Positions 12,903 to 26,519 of a stretch of DNA of 64,000 nucleotides are shown one piece after another. The translations under genes were made by a program, and so were the position numbers. The DNA comes from Amphiscolops sp. MND2022 (lineage: Eukaryota): assembly GCA_964187785.1 (NCBI GenBank), contig OZ076409.1, forward strand, positions 63,118,001 through 63,182,000, given 5' to 3'. The stretch's first letter is position 1, and every line of letters starts with the position of its first letter. The notes beneath the pieces were generated by a model that saw nothing but the letters and a program-made list of their open reading frames with translations, was not told the origin of the DNA and made no database searches.

Positions 12903-15661
12903 ATGCTTCCCACTCCATTCACATTCACTACTGAAAAAAGACAAAATCGATCTCTTATACAAGATGTAACACCTTTTCTACATAACATTATCTTTCAGTA
13001 CACAAACCCACTTCCATTTGAAACAGAACCCCATATATTACATACTATTCCATTAGTACGAGAACATTGTGATTCTTATCTATATTATATCCACTATAAA
13101 ACACTTGACATTACACCATCACAAACCCCTTTTCAATTTCTTTTTAATCCTGTTAAAGGAATAAACCTTGGAACATTTTATAGAACTATACACCCAAAAT
13201 ATTACACTTTCTATACAAGATGTTTTTCATACATACATGCAAAAACTCATTGAATTCAATGAAAACCAAGACACACCACCTTATCGTCCTTCTCATTTAC
13301 AAGAACTAAAACACAGATCTGAATATTTCGAGGTCCCAGATCTTAACACGAAAGTCCAAAGACATGATAATCCTCATTATTGGTTACAACGAGATATTTT
13401 ACAAATAAAACATTTTCAGTACAGATTCTTTAACAACATTATCCTTACAGATGACACTATACCTCAAGTCAAAATTTTTACACAATTCTCATTAAAGTTT
13501 CTTAGATTTAACTATCAATTACTTTGGGAACAAAAGGACCAACAAGCTTATGTTAACTTCCCTCAAATATTAACACATATAGAACTCTTACCATACATCA
13601 TAAAAAATGAAAACAAACACTTACATTACAGAGATCTTACTTCAATAAATGTTACACATTTTGAACAAATAAACTTAGACCACAACTTTGTACTTGAACA
13701 CTCTGAAACATCAGATAACAGACCTTATATTACATCTGATACTTCTTATACAACAACTAGTGAAGAACAAACAACTAGTGTTGAACCTTCATATACAAGA
13801 CAACAATCAGAACAATCAGAACAATCAGAACAAGATTCCCCAATACAAGACGCACTTGTTAATCTTTTTCAAAATCCTGATCCCTCTCAAGAACAACCAC
13901 TATACCCACCACAATCACAAGTCTCTGATATACGACAACCGAATCCTTCTGAAACAAATACAATTCACAATACATCAGATTTTTCTGAAGAAACAGTACA
14001 AAATACACGAAGTTTTACAATAACCGATGATTCAAATCTTGTAATAATTCCTACCCATAATATCACACCAAACGAATTTACAAACCAAAACCAAGACAAC
14101 ACTTCAAATACAAACCCAGACAATACCTCTATTTTATCTACATCTAATACTAATATTACACAACCCTCTCAGACACAAATACTAAGTCCTCGAAATTATA
14201 ATCCACCTTCTGTTCCACCTCAATTCTCAACTCAGATAAACACTCATGACTCTCCTCACCAAAGCTCATCGAATACACCCTACACTGCACAGAACAATAT
14301 TACAGTACATTTTCAAACACCAACTCCACCATCATCTTCTGAAATACACACTTCGACTTATACTCCAGCTCAAACCAACTCAGTACAAACTACACAAACT
14401 TTAAACATTAACACCATCCATTCCAACCCATCTACAAATTATACCACTGCCAGACATCTTTCTCGACCTCCATTACAACCTATATTAACTAATCCATTAT
14501 CATACAGTCTCACCAGTACTAATCCAAGTCATACACAACAATCTCAGATAAATTACAACACACCCAACCCATTAAATACTCTTTTTTCTCAACATACATC
14601 CAATACAACCACTCCTACATTACAAACTTCTCAATTTCATATACCACACCCTCCTTCAACAACAATTAGAACTAACCCTCACTTTCATAGTACTTCAACT
14701 ACTTCTTTACCTAATATTTCAAATAATCCTACGTACAATACAACACCCCCATCTACTATATCTCAAAACACTATGTCACACCCAACATATATTAATTCTT
14801 CTACTTCTATATCAGAACCCATTAAACCTTTTGATGGACTCGATCACAACTATACACCTGAAGAATATTTACAACATATTGAGGCACGTGTTACATTTTC
14901 CTTAGGTTTACAACCTACATCGGAACATGAATATAAATTTTGGCACGCCCGTCGTATGGCTTTCATACAATGCTCTTTAACAGGTACAGCACTCAGCTGG
15001 TACATTCGTTTAAATGACACTTATAAACTTTATTGGCACGCTTTTGTACAAGCTTTCAAAAAACAATTTTCCTCACAAAAGAACGCTTACTATGCTCAAG
15101 TTGAAGTCCTTAATTTAACCAAAAAAGATAATGAAACAGTACGTCATTTTGCACTCAAAGTTCAACAGCTGGTTGAAAAAGGCTGGTGTAATGAGAATAT
15201 CCACTATAAACCTTAAATGTAATGAAATCTTCACAAAAGGACTTCCAAAAAATCTTAAAGACTTTGCAAATAAAAGGCAAGTAAAACACACCTCCACTGT
15301 TCTAGAACCTTCAATTCCTTTTCACACATTAGTAAAACTTGTTGACGCTGAAGATATAGCAAACGACAAAATCAGAACACATGATCTTGCACTTGAAATT
15401 AATAATATTACAAAACAATTGAACACTCAAACTCTTGATCACTCATCTCAAGAACAACTTATGTATACACAACCCAAAGACCCAAATAACAAAAATAAAC
15501 CTGCATATAAAAAATATTGCTCATACTGTCATAGAACAAATCACTCTATTTCTGCTTGTTTCAAAAAACAACGAGATGATGAAGATAAACGAGAAGCATA
15601 TGCTCGATCAAAATCGCCCACAAAAATCATTCGTTCAGTACTTTCGTTCTCCTTCCAATGA
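12903..15661 (+). pseudogene. gag: gag-like ORF (frameshifted): long N-terminal and S/T/P/N-rich extension, capsid domain, CCHC zinc knuckle
   Basis: PFDGLD...PEEYLQHIE...LTGTALSWY...WHAFVQAFKKQF capsid-like motif, and CSYCHRTNHSISAC knuckle in the next frame (15131-15661). Start position uncertain. Confidence 0.8.
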
Positions 15662-18600
15662 CAGAACAAAACACTATGATAATCGATACCGAAGTCGAAG
15701 TACCTCACAAGACAACTCTTACAATAAAAATTACTCACAAAACCGATACCGTTCTACATCTCGAGATAGAGACAGATTTCGTTATGACAAAAGTACTACT
15801 CCTCCACACTACTCTAGATCAAGATTTGATACATATAAACGTGATTCTCGGTCTTACCGTTCTCCTTATAGATCTTCTTATAGATCCCCATATCGACAAA
15901 ACTCTCGTCCTAGATACAGATCACGCTCCTATTCAAGAGATAACAAATTCACCAAGTACACAAATTCATATAGACCACCTTCAAGACCAAGAGATTCTAG
16001 ATTTTCTAGATCTCGCTCACACTCAAATTCCAGAAATAAAATCAATATGATACAACAACAAGACCAAACTGACCCTATCAAATTTGAAGTACACATGTAT
16101 CACCCAACAGCAATGGCAAATGCTGTCACACCTACAAGTTGGTTTTATACACTATATGTACATACCCCATCAAGTATCGTACAAAGAGACAACCCATCTA
16201 GATTAGAAATTGCATTCCTTCTAGATAGCGGTGCTTCCATTTCTGTACTCAATTACCCAACATACATAACTCTTACAAAACTTCTAGATATCAGATCAAA
16301 TCACACCTCTGATGTTGGACCAACTCGAAATTCCAAAACATTAACCGTTGCAAACCAAACTGAAGTTCCTATTTTACATTATACAAATATAATTTTGAAC
16401 ACCACTATTGATGAAAACTCTCGTTACTTTTCAGTACTTTTCGCAGTAGCTGATATCAAATACAATATCCTTGGCACACCATTCTTTGAAGACAATATAC
16501 AAAACATAAACATACAAGACTTTACACTCGAATTTAAATACCAATGAAAAACACACCCAAATTATGCAAAGTTCACAACACTCCTATCTAAAGATTATCC
16601 ATACTTCTCTTACATTTATAGAATTAACTCAAAAACTCAAATACGTCTAAAACCCAAGTCTTCAAAAATTGCACACTTTCCAATTAAAAATTATCATAAT
16701 CTTCATTTTACAACTACACCACAAAACCACTTCTTTCCTTCAGTACCTCATACCTATTTTGCTACCAAATTTCGTACAAATTTCAATTTCATTGAAGTAT
16801 TCACAGATGACAAGCCAGATATTTGTGCAACTTCCACAGACCAACTATATTGTACAATATGATGATCCTACAACCCCTCCTCCTCAATTCTCTCTACATC
16901 AAATATATATGACAAATAACGACATTCCAAATCAAACTTCTCCTATATATAACGTTCAGCCTACTTCTCATACTTCCGAAAAACGCATTTTCCCTTCTCT
17001 ACCATATACTTCTGAAAATTTGAAATTTATTAATAAATTTAACTTCCAGTTTTCTGACCTTACAGATTCAGAATACATTACTCTTTGCAATATGTTACTC
17101 AAGTATAAAACATGTTATGCAACTCATAAAAACGATGTTGGAAAAATTTCAACACCATTTCGTATACGACTTAAACCAAATGCTCAACTTATGACACAAC
17201 GTCCTTCCAAAGTCCCTACTCACTACCCAGACAAACTTAACGTACTTCTCAAAGAACTCGAAAAATATAACATTATCAAACAAATTGGTTCCTCTCCTCA
17301 AGACAAACCCGTTTATGGCACAACTTATTTAAACCCTCTTATTATAATCCCCAAGAGAGATACAATAAAATGTGTATTAGACGCTCGACACCTTAACTCC
17401 AATACAGAACAATCTGATGAATCTTGGCCTATTGAACTTCTTGCTCCACAACTAGCACGCGCAACTAAAAAGTACAAATTTGCTATTGACCTTATGTATG
17501 CCTATGCACATAGACCTCTTGACGAAGATAATATAAAATTTTCTAGTTTCTCTTCCGGAGATAAACTTTTTGCTTTTATCCGAGGCTTTTATGGTCTCAA
17601 AGGACTACCAAACTTCTTTACAAAACAAATGTCTACTTTCTTTAAAACTCTTATAGAACAAGGTTTCGCTCCTGTCTACATTGACGATATATTACTTTTA
17701 TCTGATTCCAAAGAACACATGTTCCAACTCGTAGAACCATTACACATTATTAGTACAAAAAACAATCTTAAAATAGCCCCTGAAAAATCCTTTTTCATGC
17801 TTCTTAAGGTCAAGTTCCTTGGACATGAAATTGGTTACAATACAATTAAACCAATCCATTCAAAAATTACAGCTATTCATAAGATCCCTTCTCCAACTGG
17901 CAAAGTTGCCCTAATGAGTTTCATTGGCGCACTCAACTTTTACACCAAATTTATTGAAAAACTACATATTAACCTCAAACCATTTTACGATCTTTTACAT
18001 GAGAACACTCCTTGGAAATGGACAGATGAACACGAAAGTCTATTCCAAAAACTTAAAATGTCTCTCACTTCTGAAACAGAATTAACAATACCAAATACAA
18101 AACATCCATTTTTCATTACAGTTGACGCTTCCTTTATTGGATTAGGCGCTGTCTTATTCCAGTTAAATGAACAGAACAAAATGAAAGTCATATCGTACAA
18201 CTCTCGTATACTTAATCCACAAGAACAAAAACTCTCCACACTCGATAGAGAACTTCTTGGTATAGTACACGCACTTCAAATCAATGAATTTCTCATCACA
18301 GGTTCTCCCCATCCAATACACATTTTTACTGATCACAAACCTTTATTACATTGTTTTACAAAGAAAGGTAACCTCAGTCCTCGTTTCTACAGAGCTCAAA
18401 TGCAATTGACAAAATGTTCAAAACTCAAAATAATTCACACTCCTGGAAAAAATCTCTCTGTTGCCGATATGTTGAGTCGCTCCTTTACAAAAGCTGAATT
18501 ACAACTAAACCAGTTAAAACATAAACACCTCCCACCACAAATCGATTTTGCACTTTTACAAGATAACACTCTTAAACCTGTACATTACTTAATAAAACAT

Positions 18601-20933
18601 GAAGAAATTTTACCTCATCAAAAACATGACTCTCATCCAATTCTCGCTGATTATGGCACAGATCAATTCTCTATTCGTATCAATGATAAAGGAAATGACA
18701 TTGTTGTCAAACCGTTACAATCCTTCTCATTCATATCCATAACTCCTTTTCAAACTAAGTTCAAGACACCTATAAAAAAGAACAATAAAACCCTCCATCA
18801 ACAATCTTTCTTACTTAATGATACTGACGTTACAAGTGATGACGAAGATCATATATACACCAGAATTCCAAAATCTGACTCTTCCTTCTTTCAAGACACA
18901 ACATTACAAACAGAAAATTATTCTACTTTTAACCAATCAACTCACACTACCTCACAAAAATCAGTTTCTGCAATAAATGTACAACCAAATTTACCATCTC
19001 TCACACACTGTCAACAAATCATACCTTTCTATGATACATCATTTTTTAAGTACAAAAACTATTTTCAAGGTTTCTTCCTTCCAGATGATTACTCATTAGA
19101 CATAAACACTCTTCAACAACAACAATCCCAAGATCCGGTTCTTAGAACTGTTTATTCTTGGTTATTAATCAATGAAAAACCCGAATTTATAACACCTCTT
19201 ATCACTGGTACTCCATTTCTACATGTATATTACAAAAGATTTTCACAACTTTTCATTGACGAATCTACAAACCTTATTAGTCTATATATTACCAACCCTA
19301 CTGTTATAAACCAACCCTCTACTCCAAATTTTATACAAGACACTATTCGTATATGTCTTCCTTTTCGACTGTTCAAAACTGTCTTTAACAAACTCCATGA
19401 ACACTCTCACACTGGTATGAAAATTACCTACAAAACATTCAAACAATATTACTACATTCCATTCCTTGAAAAATGGCTTTCCTTTTTCATACATGATTGT
19501 ATTGAATGCCAACGTAACAAACATTTCAAAATGAAAATTCAAACTGCTTCTACACAATCATTTTCAGAACATGCTCCATCCTTCAACTATCGAATTTCAA
19601 TGGACACTAAAGGACCTATTAATCCTCATTCTCACAACAAATCCTATATACACGTGATAATTGACGCTTTTAGTCACTTTGTTGTTACAGTACCCATCAA
19701 ATCAAACAACGCAAAGACTGCTATCAAAACTCTTCTACACCATTGGATTATTAAATTTGGACCACCCATATATCTTGTCACTGATCGTGGATCAGAATAT
19801 GTTAATAAAGAAATGGCACACCTTTGCACACTTATGGGAATTCGTCATTCTCCTCGAACAGCTTATTCTCCTTGGACAAACGGCCTTGTTGTAGTACAAA
19901 ATAGAAATCTTGGTACCCATCTACGAATGTTCTTACATGACACACCTAAAGATTGGGCATTCCAAGTCCATATGTGCTTATGCATATAATTCACAACCAC
20001 TTTCAGAACTCAACATTTCACCTCACGAAATTGTTTTCCACACCCGACTCAGAATACCTCTTACATTTGATTTGAACCTTAACCGAGACACCTCTAAAAC
20101 ATGTATTTCACGATATTGCTCTCAACTTCCAACACACTCCCATTATGATAAATCAGATTTAAACCCATTTTTCTATAAAACCCTTTCAAAACCCATTCCC
20201 CATTGGTTTCTCGCTGTAGAAACTGCTGTTACAAATTTATTCTACAGTATACGAAAACACTCTAAGAAAAGTCAATTCACACGCATACATTACAAAAAAG
20301 TACCATGAAGGTAAACCCCTTCCTATTGGTACCTTTGTTTTAAAACGCAATTTTACACACGTTCATTTTTCTGACAAACTAAAACCCCTTCGGATTGGAC
20401 CATACAAAATACTTGATAGATTATCAGATGTTACATATGAACTACTTGCACAAGATGGCTCTATAGTACACGTTCATAGAAATCATTTAATTCCATATTA
20501 TCCAAAAGAACCACTCTTATATCCACAATTGCGTAATTTTATGCGCTTTTCAGACACAACTCAATTCCAAATTCCACAACCTACCAAATATGCAAACTGT
20601 GATTCTTCTCCTTTTAACTCAGACGAATCGTTGTCAGAAGAAGATTCTCCAACATTTGTAACTCCATCATCATTTAGTACATCCAATCAGAATACACCAT
20701 CTATAACATCCAATGACAAGTCTTTGACTCCCTCAACCAATGACAACTCCTTATATAGACATATAATTAATACCCCTCACACTAATGTCTCTAGTGACAG
20801 ATCAAGACACTCATCTAATAACCAAACAACTTCACTTCCTCCTCTAATTGACAGAACCACAAAAACTACTTATAAACTACGACAACAACCCAAATTAGAT
20901 TATAGACTTTTTATTACACCCTCAAAACTGTAA
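15620..20933 (+). pseudogene. pol: pol: RS-rich linker, aspartic protease, reverse transcriptase, RNase H, integrase (several frameshifts/stops)
   Basis: LLDSGASIS (~16224); VYIDDILL (~17677); TVDASFIGLGAVL and FTDHKPL (RNase H); HEHSHTG...CIECQ, MDTKGP, TDRGSEY, and NGLVV where NGLVE is expected; GPY motif RIGPYKILDRLSDVTYEL at ~20391. Confidence 0.95.
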
Positions 20934-21019
20934 TCCTATCATTCTATCCGCTGGCTCACTCAAAACTAGTCACTCCATTTGAATGAAATATAACCCATAA
21001 CAAGTTATCTCAAAGATAA

Positions 21020-22258
21020 CCTTTTGAAAACACTTCAACAATCCTGGATCCTCCCTCTGATATATCTCTATCAGCTCCAAGTATCCCTTCCACACCTGAA
21101 TCTTCAGTATCTAGCACTACAAACTCTAGTAATGTAACTCCTACTACTCCTTCTAAAAGACCAAGATCATACATCTCTGAAACCACCTCTTCATCATTTC
21201 TTCACAGACCACCTATAACTGAAATCCCTATAAACCCTCGTCCTCAACAAACCCCTATTAACACTCCTATTATACACATACCAAACCCTGAAAGTGTTGA
21301 ACAATACGTAACATACAAACATCCTACAGCTATCAAAACTGTTAGACTACAACCTCAACTTAATCTTGTACAAATCCCTGATACTGAATATACAAAGCTA
21401 CCTTCACTGAAATTACCATCAGAACTTAGCACTACTTCTTCAAAACTTTATCCACCATTAAAACCTCTTAGAAAACTTTCTACATCACTCTCAAATCTCT
21501 TAGACAATACTTCAGACTACGCTCCATCACAAGACACAAGCTCACTTTTTGTACCTAAACATCGATATAATCTTCGTGACTTCCACTCACGTAGACTTAG
21601 TACAGACACTTCAACACTCAATTTTTCCACTCTTTCTAGCAATTCTGCACTACGACTTGTACGACAACACGCTCAACCATTGTCCTCTGACACACCATCT
21701 TCAGAACTCTTCCAATCTCCTTATTTTACTTCTGGTTTTGAAACCGCTTCATTACTCTCATCTAACCCTCAGACTGCATTTTTATCAGGAGACCTTTTTT
21801 CACAAGTAGTAATCCCTACTCCTGTTCCTGCACATCTTCGACAACCCGAATACTATACTGCAGAACACTCTAGACCCCCAACTCCAAATTTTGCTGACTA
21901 TCCACTTAGAGTCGATGGTATAACCATCTACGACCCACAAAACGATCCCCGATTTCCAATTCTTGCAGAACGTTTCATTAATAACAACGACCTTTTATCT
22001 CACAAACGCAAAGAAACAGAACTAAAACGCCTTCAGACATCAAACCTAGAAGTTAATTTTGAAGTCAAAGTCAAATTTCAAGGATTATATCCACACCCAA
22101 TATTTCACGTTTCTAAAATAGAACATAAAACCTCTCCTGCTCCTTTTGAAGTAGTACATATTGAATTTGAACGCGATCTTAATATACCCACTATCACATA
22201 TGGCAAAATTGTCTTCTGCAACCCATATTCCGGTCTTAAATATAAAACATCTTTTTAA
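21020..22258 (+). CDS. Unknown S/T/P-rich reading frame between pol and env (no ATG)
   Basis: Stop-free frame from after TAA at 21017-21019 to 22258 (~412 codons); the ORF track reports only its last 192 aa. Confidence 0.55.
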   Translation, partial: PFENTSTILDPPSDISLSAPSIPSTPESSVSSTTNSSNVTPTTPSKRPRSYISETTSSSFLHRPPITEIPINPRPQQTPINTPIIHIPNPESVEQYVTYKHPTAIKTVRLQPQLNLVQIPDTEYTKLPSLKLPSELSTTSSKLYPPLKPLRKLSTSLSNLLDNTSDYAPSQDTSSLFVPKHRYNLRDFHSRRLSTDTSTLNFSTLSSNSALRLVRQHAQPLSSDTPSSELFQSPYFTSGFETASLLSSNPQTAFLSGDLFSQVVIPTPVPAHLRQPEYYTAEHSRPPTPNFADYPLRVDGITIYDPQNDPRFPILAERFINNNDLLSHKRKETELKRLQTSNLEVNFEVKVKFQGLYPHPIFHVSKIEHKTSPAPFEVVHIEFERDLNIPTITYGKIVFCNPYSGLKYKTSF

Positions 22259-24912
22259 GCCCTACACAACCTTTTACATAACAAATCTAATACTTTATTT
22301 ACATTTCTTCAACTCTACCTTTTCTATACCCATAACACCCTCTGACACAGAAAACTATCTTCCATCGGATGACCCAAATATTACAAATCTCATGGTTTCT
22401 CATTATGACTGTGCAAAACAACACAATCTGAGACAATTTAATCTACTCAATGTAAAACAATGCACTGAAGCTCCTTCCGACATTAAGCATGCAAGTGTTA
22501 AAGCCCGTGTATATGTTCGAGCAAAAGCTAAACGCATCAAAGCTTTCAAATGTGTTGCTTATGCAAAGAAAGAAAGGAAAATATGCTTTCAAGGTTCCGT
22601 AAAATACCGTCGTGTTGATAGAACCGTATGGAATCATAATACATTACCGCTCCCTGTTACTCTTGATCCAGTAGAATGTAAAAACATTATAAGACATTTA
22701 AATGGTACAAATGATAAAATACTGAATAACCTTCAATACAACAAAACCTTTACACTCTTAGAAGATCATTATTTTCAAAAACGTTTAGAACAATATCAAA
22801 CTCCTTTCACTGTATATCAATTGAACAAGATGTATACAGGTACATTTACATTTATGCCTGCTGACAAAAACTGGATATATGATCCTACTCAAAACCCTTT
22901 TCATAACTGTCCCGCTCATCACCAATTTGAAGTCAACTTAGTTAGTTGGCGACTAGAAATTTCTGAAGTAGAACTTACATATGATGATACATCTAATGAC
23001 ATGATAATCGATGGACATACATTACCCTGCTACTTTGCAGATGGTTTCTGTAAACCAACTACAAAAACTCCTTTTACTCTTGTTTGGTTCAATGAAGATT
23101 TTCGTCTAATTTTTACCTTACAAGTCTTTATTGGACGTATGACTAACATTGAAGATAGATATTGGATTGAAACAGACTCTTTTGTACATTCTCCACATCC
23201 AATAAAATCTAAAACAGCTTCTGGTATCAAAGGCACAGAATATTCCTATGTTTATGCTCCTCATACACAACATCCAAATAATCCAAGTCTTTCAAGATTT
23301 GAAGTTTTTCCTACAGCACAAACCTTTTGTGGTAAACCAGACCCTCTCTATTCTACACAATATTCAGACCTTTTTGTTACATACACTGATGGTTTCAATA
23401 TGCATACAGGACAACCCAATTCTCATTCCATGATTGATGAATATATTTCTGGTAAAATAGTATTGGACACTTCAAATAACAAGTTTGTATTCCCTGCATT
23501 AAATGTATCAAACAATTTTGCTACCATTGATTATGATGTACATATAAACACCAAAATCGATTATACTATTAATCATGTTTTCCGATCAATGACAGTACAA
23601 GAACTAAATACTCTTCATACAATATGTGAACTAGAACGAAACCAACTTCTTACAATACTCGCAATGTCAGTACAAAACCCTCAACTTGCTGGTTTCCTTT
23701 TAACCGGTAATAGAAGTAACTTCTTATACGTTGAAGGCTCAACCGCCTGGCTTTACGACTGTCCTCATTTTTTATCTCCTTTATACAAAGCAGATAGATG
23801 CTTTGACCGTATACCCATACATTTAATTTAAAGATACTTTAATGTACGTTGATCCTATTACAAGACAAACTTATGATTATGCTACACCAATTACATGTGA
23901 TAATAATCCACGTAACATTATTGAACTAGATCCTGATTCAGACGACCAAGACTTTTACATTCTTGGACCTGAAACTATTAAACGCAAACCTCCACTAATG
24001 TTTACACCTTCACAAATCAAAACTACAATACGTCCTAATACTTTTACAGCCCTAGATGCTGGTATATATTCAAATGCAGAACTTGATCAACTTTGGAACC
24101 GTATTTTATTTTCCAAACATTCTGACTCTACACTCCAATTACTAGGCAAAGCTCTTAGTTATTCCTTCATTTCATCTAATACTCCAAATTACGATGCAGA
24201 TTCCCCTCAAGATTCTGGTAATCCTTACAATACATTACGTATAGGACTCCATGATAAACTCTTGAATTTAACTCCTTTTTTTACACCTACATGGTTTTCA
24301 GATGCTTTTATTGCACTTTTTGGATACCCTTGTTACATTCTCACACAATGTGGTATATACTTTTCTACATTTCTTTTCGTACAAGCTACCCTTACACTCA
24401 TTGTCAAACTTTACAAAACAATATCCATTAAATATAATCTCAAAAATAATATTACCTTATTTAGTTCTATAGCACATGGTTTTTTTAATGTTCTTACAGC
24501 ACGAATGGTCAGTGACTTCCATGAGACTCAAAACAAAAAACCCAAAAGTACACTTTTAAAATCCAAATCTATAGATAATTTTATTGACACTTCTCCAAAT
24601 CTAATTAATCATTCTACAGATGTTACTTCCCCTCCACCTTTCTATACTGAACGTCCTAACAAAATTCAATTTCCTAAATTCAACTTGTTTCCGAAACGAC
24701 ACCACAATTCTCACCATAAAACAGCTCCACTTCCTTTCTCTCCTGTTCAACATCCTCCACTTCCTAATTATACTCATGAAAACTTTCACTCGAATGACAA
24801 TCTAACTACTCAACATGACATTTTAATTAACAATCCTGCCACTTCTACTACGGATACACCAATTAAAATCTATTCACGGATAAACTATCCTTTTCCTCCT
24901 CCATCTTCTTGA
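22200..24912 (+). pseudogene. env: env-like membrane glycoprotein (resembles chuvirus G / herpes gB-type class III fusogens), split by a 4-bp insertion
   Basis: Signal-like FYITNLILYLHFFNSTFS; Cys-rich ectodomain (YDCAKQ...KQC; ICELERNQLLTILAMSVQNPQLAGFLLTG...VEGSTAWLYDC...CFDRIPI...VDPITRQ...PITC); N-glycosylation sequons; C-terminal hydrophobic FIALFGYPCYILTQCGIYFSTFLFVQATLTLIV. Removing TTAA at ~23823 fuses the two ORFs (IPIHFKDTLMYVDP). Confidence 0.78.
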
Positions 24913-25151
24913 ACACTCTCTCAGTTTTTCTGTAACTCTCTTTCAGCACACTTGCCTACTATCTCTTCACAATTGCTACTCCCCCACCGCTCGAAACTCT
25001 TGCAGAAGTTCATCTTTCTCAGCCCAATAATACTTCTCTAATATTAACAGTCTTCAAAAACTCTTCAACTAAAGTTGATAAATCCACTCGTTAGTGTAAT
25101 TTATAGTACTTTCACTTTAAAGGGCTAAGGCCTCCTGGAATAGATAACACT

Positions 25152-26519
25152 GTGACTGTTGATGTTTTTAAAACAATGACACAAGCACAAATTGATCTAC
25201 AAACACAGCTTGAACAAGCAACCCCAACAGATCTTATAACTAGACCTCTTTCAAATGATTCTCCTGTTCTCTATATTGAGACCCTAGAACAAACACCTCC
25301 AACTTTTCTTGAACCAATGGAACACACAAAAGTTGAAAACGAAAATTCAAAACCTACTCCTTCACAAGATGATACTGATCATACACAATCGACACCACCT
25401 CCTCCAAAAAAACGATATGAAATTATGAAAGATCCAATCTTTCTTTCATCACCAATATATCCTCCTTCAATACCTTCAAAAATCTCACTTTGTACGAATC
25501 GCGATGATCATTTGATCCCATTTCTTTCTACAGACGATTTCGTCTTCAAAGCACAACTAACTTCTCTATATATGCATCCTACTGACTATTCATTTCGCTT
25601 ATATGACAAAATTCAAGACTTCTTCACATCCATTGCTTCCAAAATAATGGGTCCATACCAATATTGGCTCGATAATGGAGTTAAAATTTTCTCTCTCCAA
25701 TTCAATTTTCTTCGACCATCTATCTACGATCTCAAAACAGATGAATCTGATCCATCTTTTCTCTCTATAGCACAAAAAGCTACTCATCATCAAACATACA
25801 CTAAATTTCTGCAATACACGAAACCACAAAATCACATTTTTGTCATTTACAAATATACATCACCGTTCACAATGACGAATATGTACACTCTGGACCACTC
25901 CTGTATAACAGGCTACCTTCGAAACTATGACCCTATAAAACAATACTTCTGTTTGCTTCCATACAATAATACTTCACGCCCACTTATTGTACCTCAAGAA
26001 TATCTCATACATTACGATGATTTTTTGTTGCCTTGCAACATTCCTACACAAATTGCCAAACCTCTTACTGTTATTAAACACCTAGTATCTTCTCCACTTG
26101 ACGATAAAGATAGAACGTACTATACAGCACTCTACAAACAAACGTATTCCTACAACGAACTTCTCTTTGTATCTGCCAAAACTATCTCTTTCATGGTACA
26201 AGATGAACAAAAAACTGAACATAAATCACACGTTTCACCTATAAAAAACGCTCCTGATAAACTTTCCTCAGTATTAAACAACCGAACACTTCGCGACATA
26301 ACAAATTTACTTGAACCCTATAAACGAAACTCCTCTGAAACACCTATCACAACACTCACACATATACTACACTGCTATGACAGAACACACAAACTCCTTC
26401 AAACACTCGACTTAGACTCTCAACGCATCACTCAATCATCCCAAGCAATTCAATCTGCTTTGGAAACTATAACTACTCTTTTAACTCAACTAATCTTCAA
26501 TAAACTCTTATACAGGTAA
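25152..26519 (+). CDS. Unknown accessory ORF (~450 aa) inside the LTR element
   Basis: Uninterrupted long ORF on the element's sense strand; basic PPPKKR motif; helical C-terminus; no recognised family. Confidence 0.7.
   Translation: MTVDVFKTMTQAQIDLQTQLEQATPTDLITRPLSNDSPVLYIETLEQTPPTFLEPMEHTKVENENSKPTPSQDDTDHTQSTPPPPKKRYEIMKDPIFLSSPIYPPSIPSKISLCTNRDDHLIPFLSTDDFVFKAQLTSLYMHPTDYSFRLYDKIQDFFTSIASKIMGPYQYWLDNGVKIFSLQFNFLRPSIYDLKTDESDPSFLSIAQKATHHQTYTKFLQYTKPQNHIFVIYKYTSPFTMTNMYTLDHSCITGYLRNYDPIKQYFCLLPYNNTSRPLIVPQEYLIHYDDFLLPCNIPTQIAKPLTVIKHLVSSPLDDKDRTYYTALYKQTYSYNELLFVSAKTISFMVQDEQKTEHKSHVSPIKNAPDKLSSVLNNRTLRDITNLLEPYKRNSSETPITTLTHILHCYDRTHKLLQTLDLDSQRITQSSQAIQSALETITTLLTQLIFNKLLYR

Noticed and set aside
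22250..22260. Programmed -1 frameshift joining ORFx to env
   Set aside because: The required shift is +1, not -1, and no canonical heptamer with downstream structure was seen.
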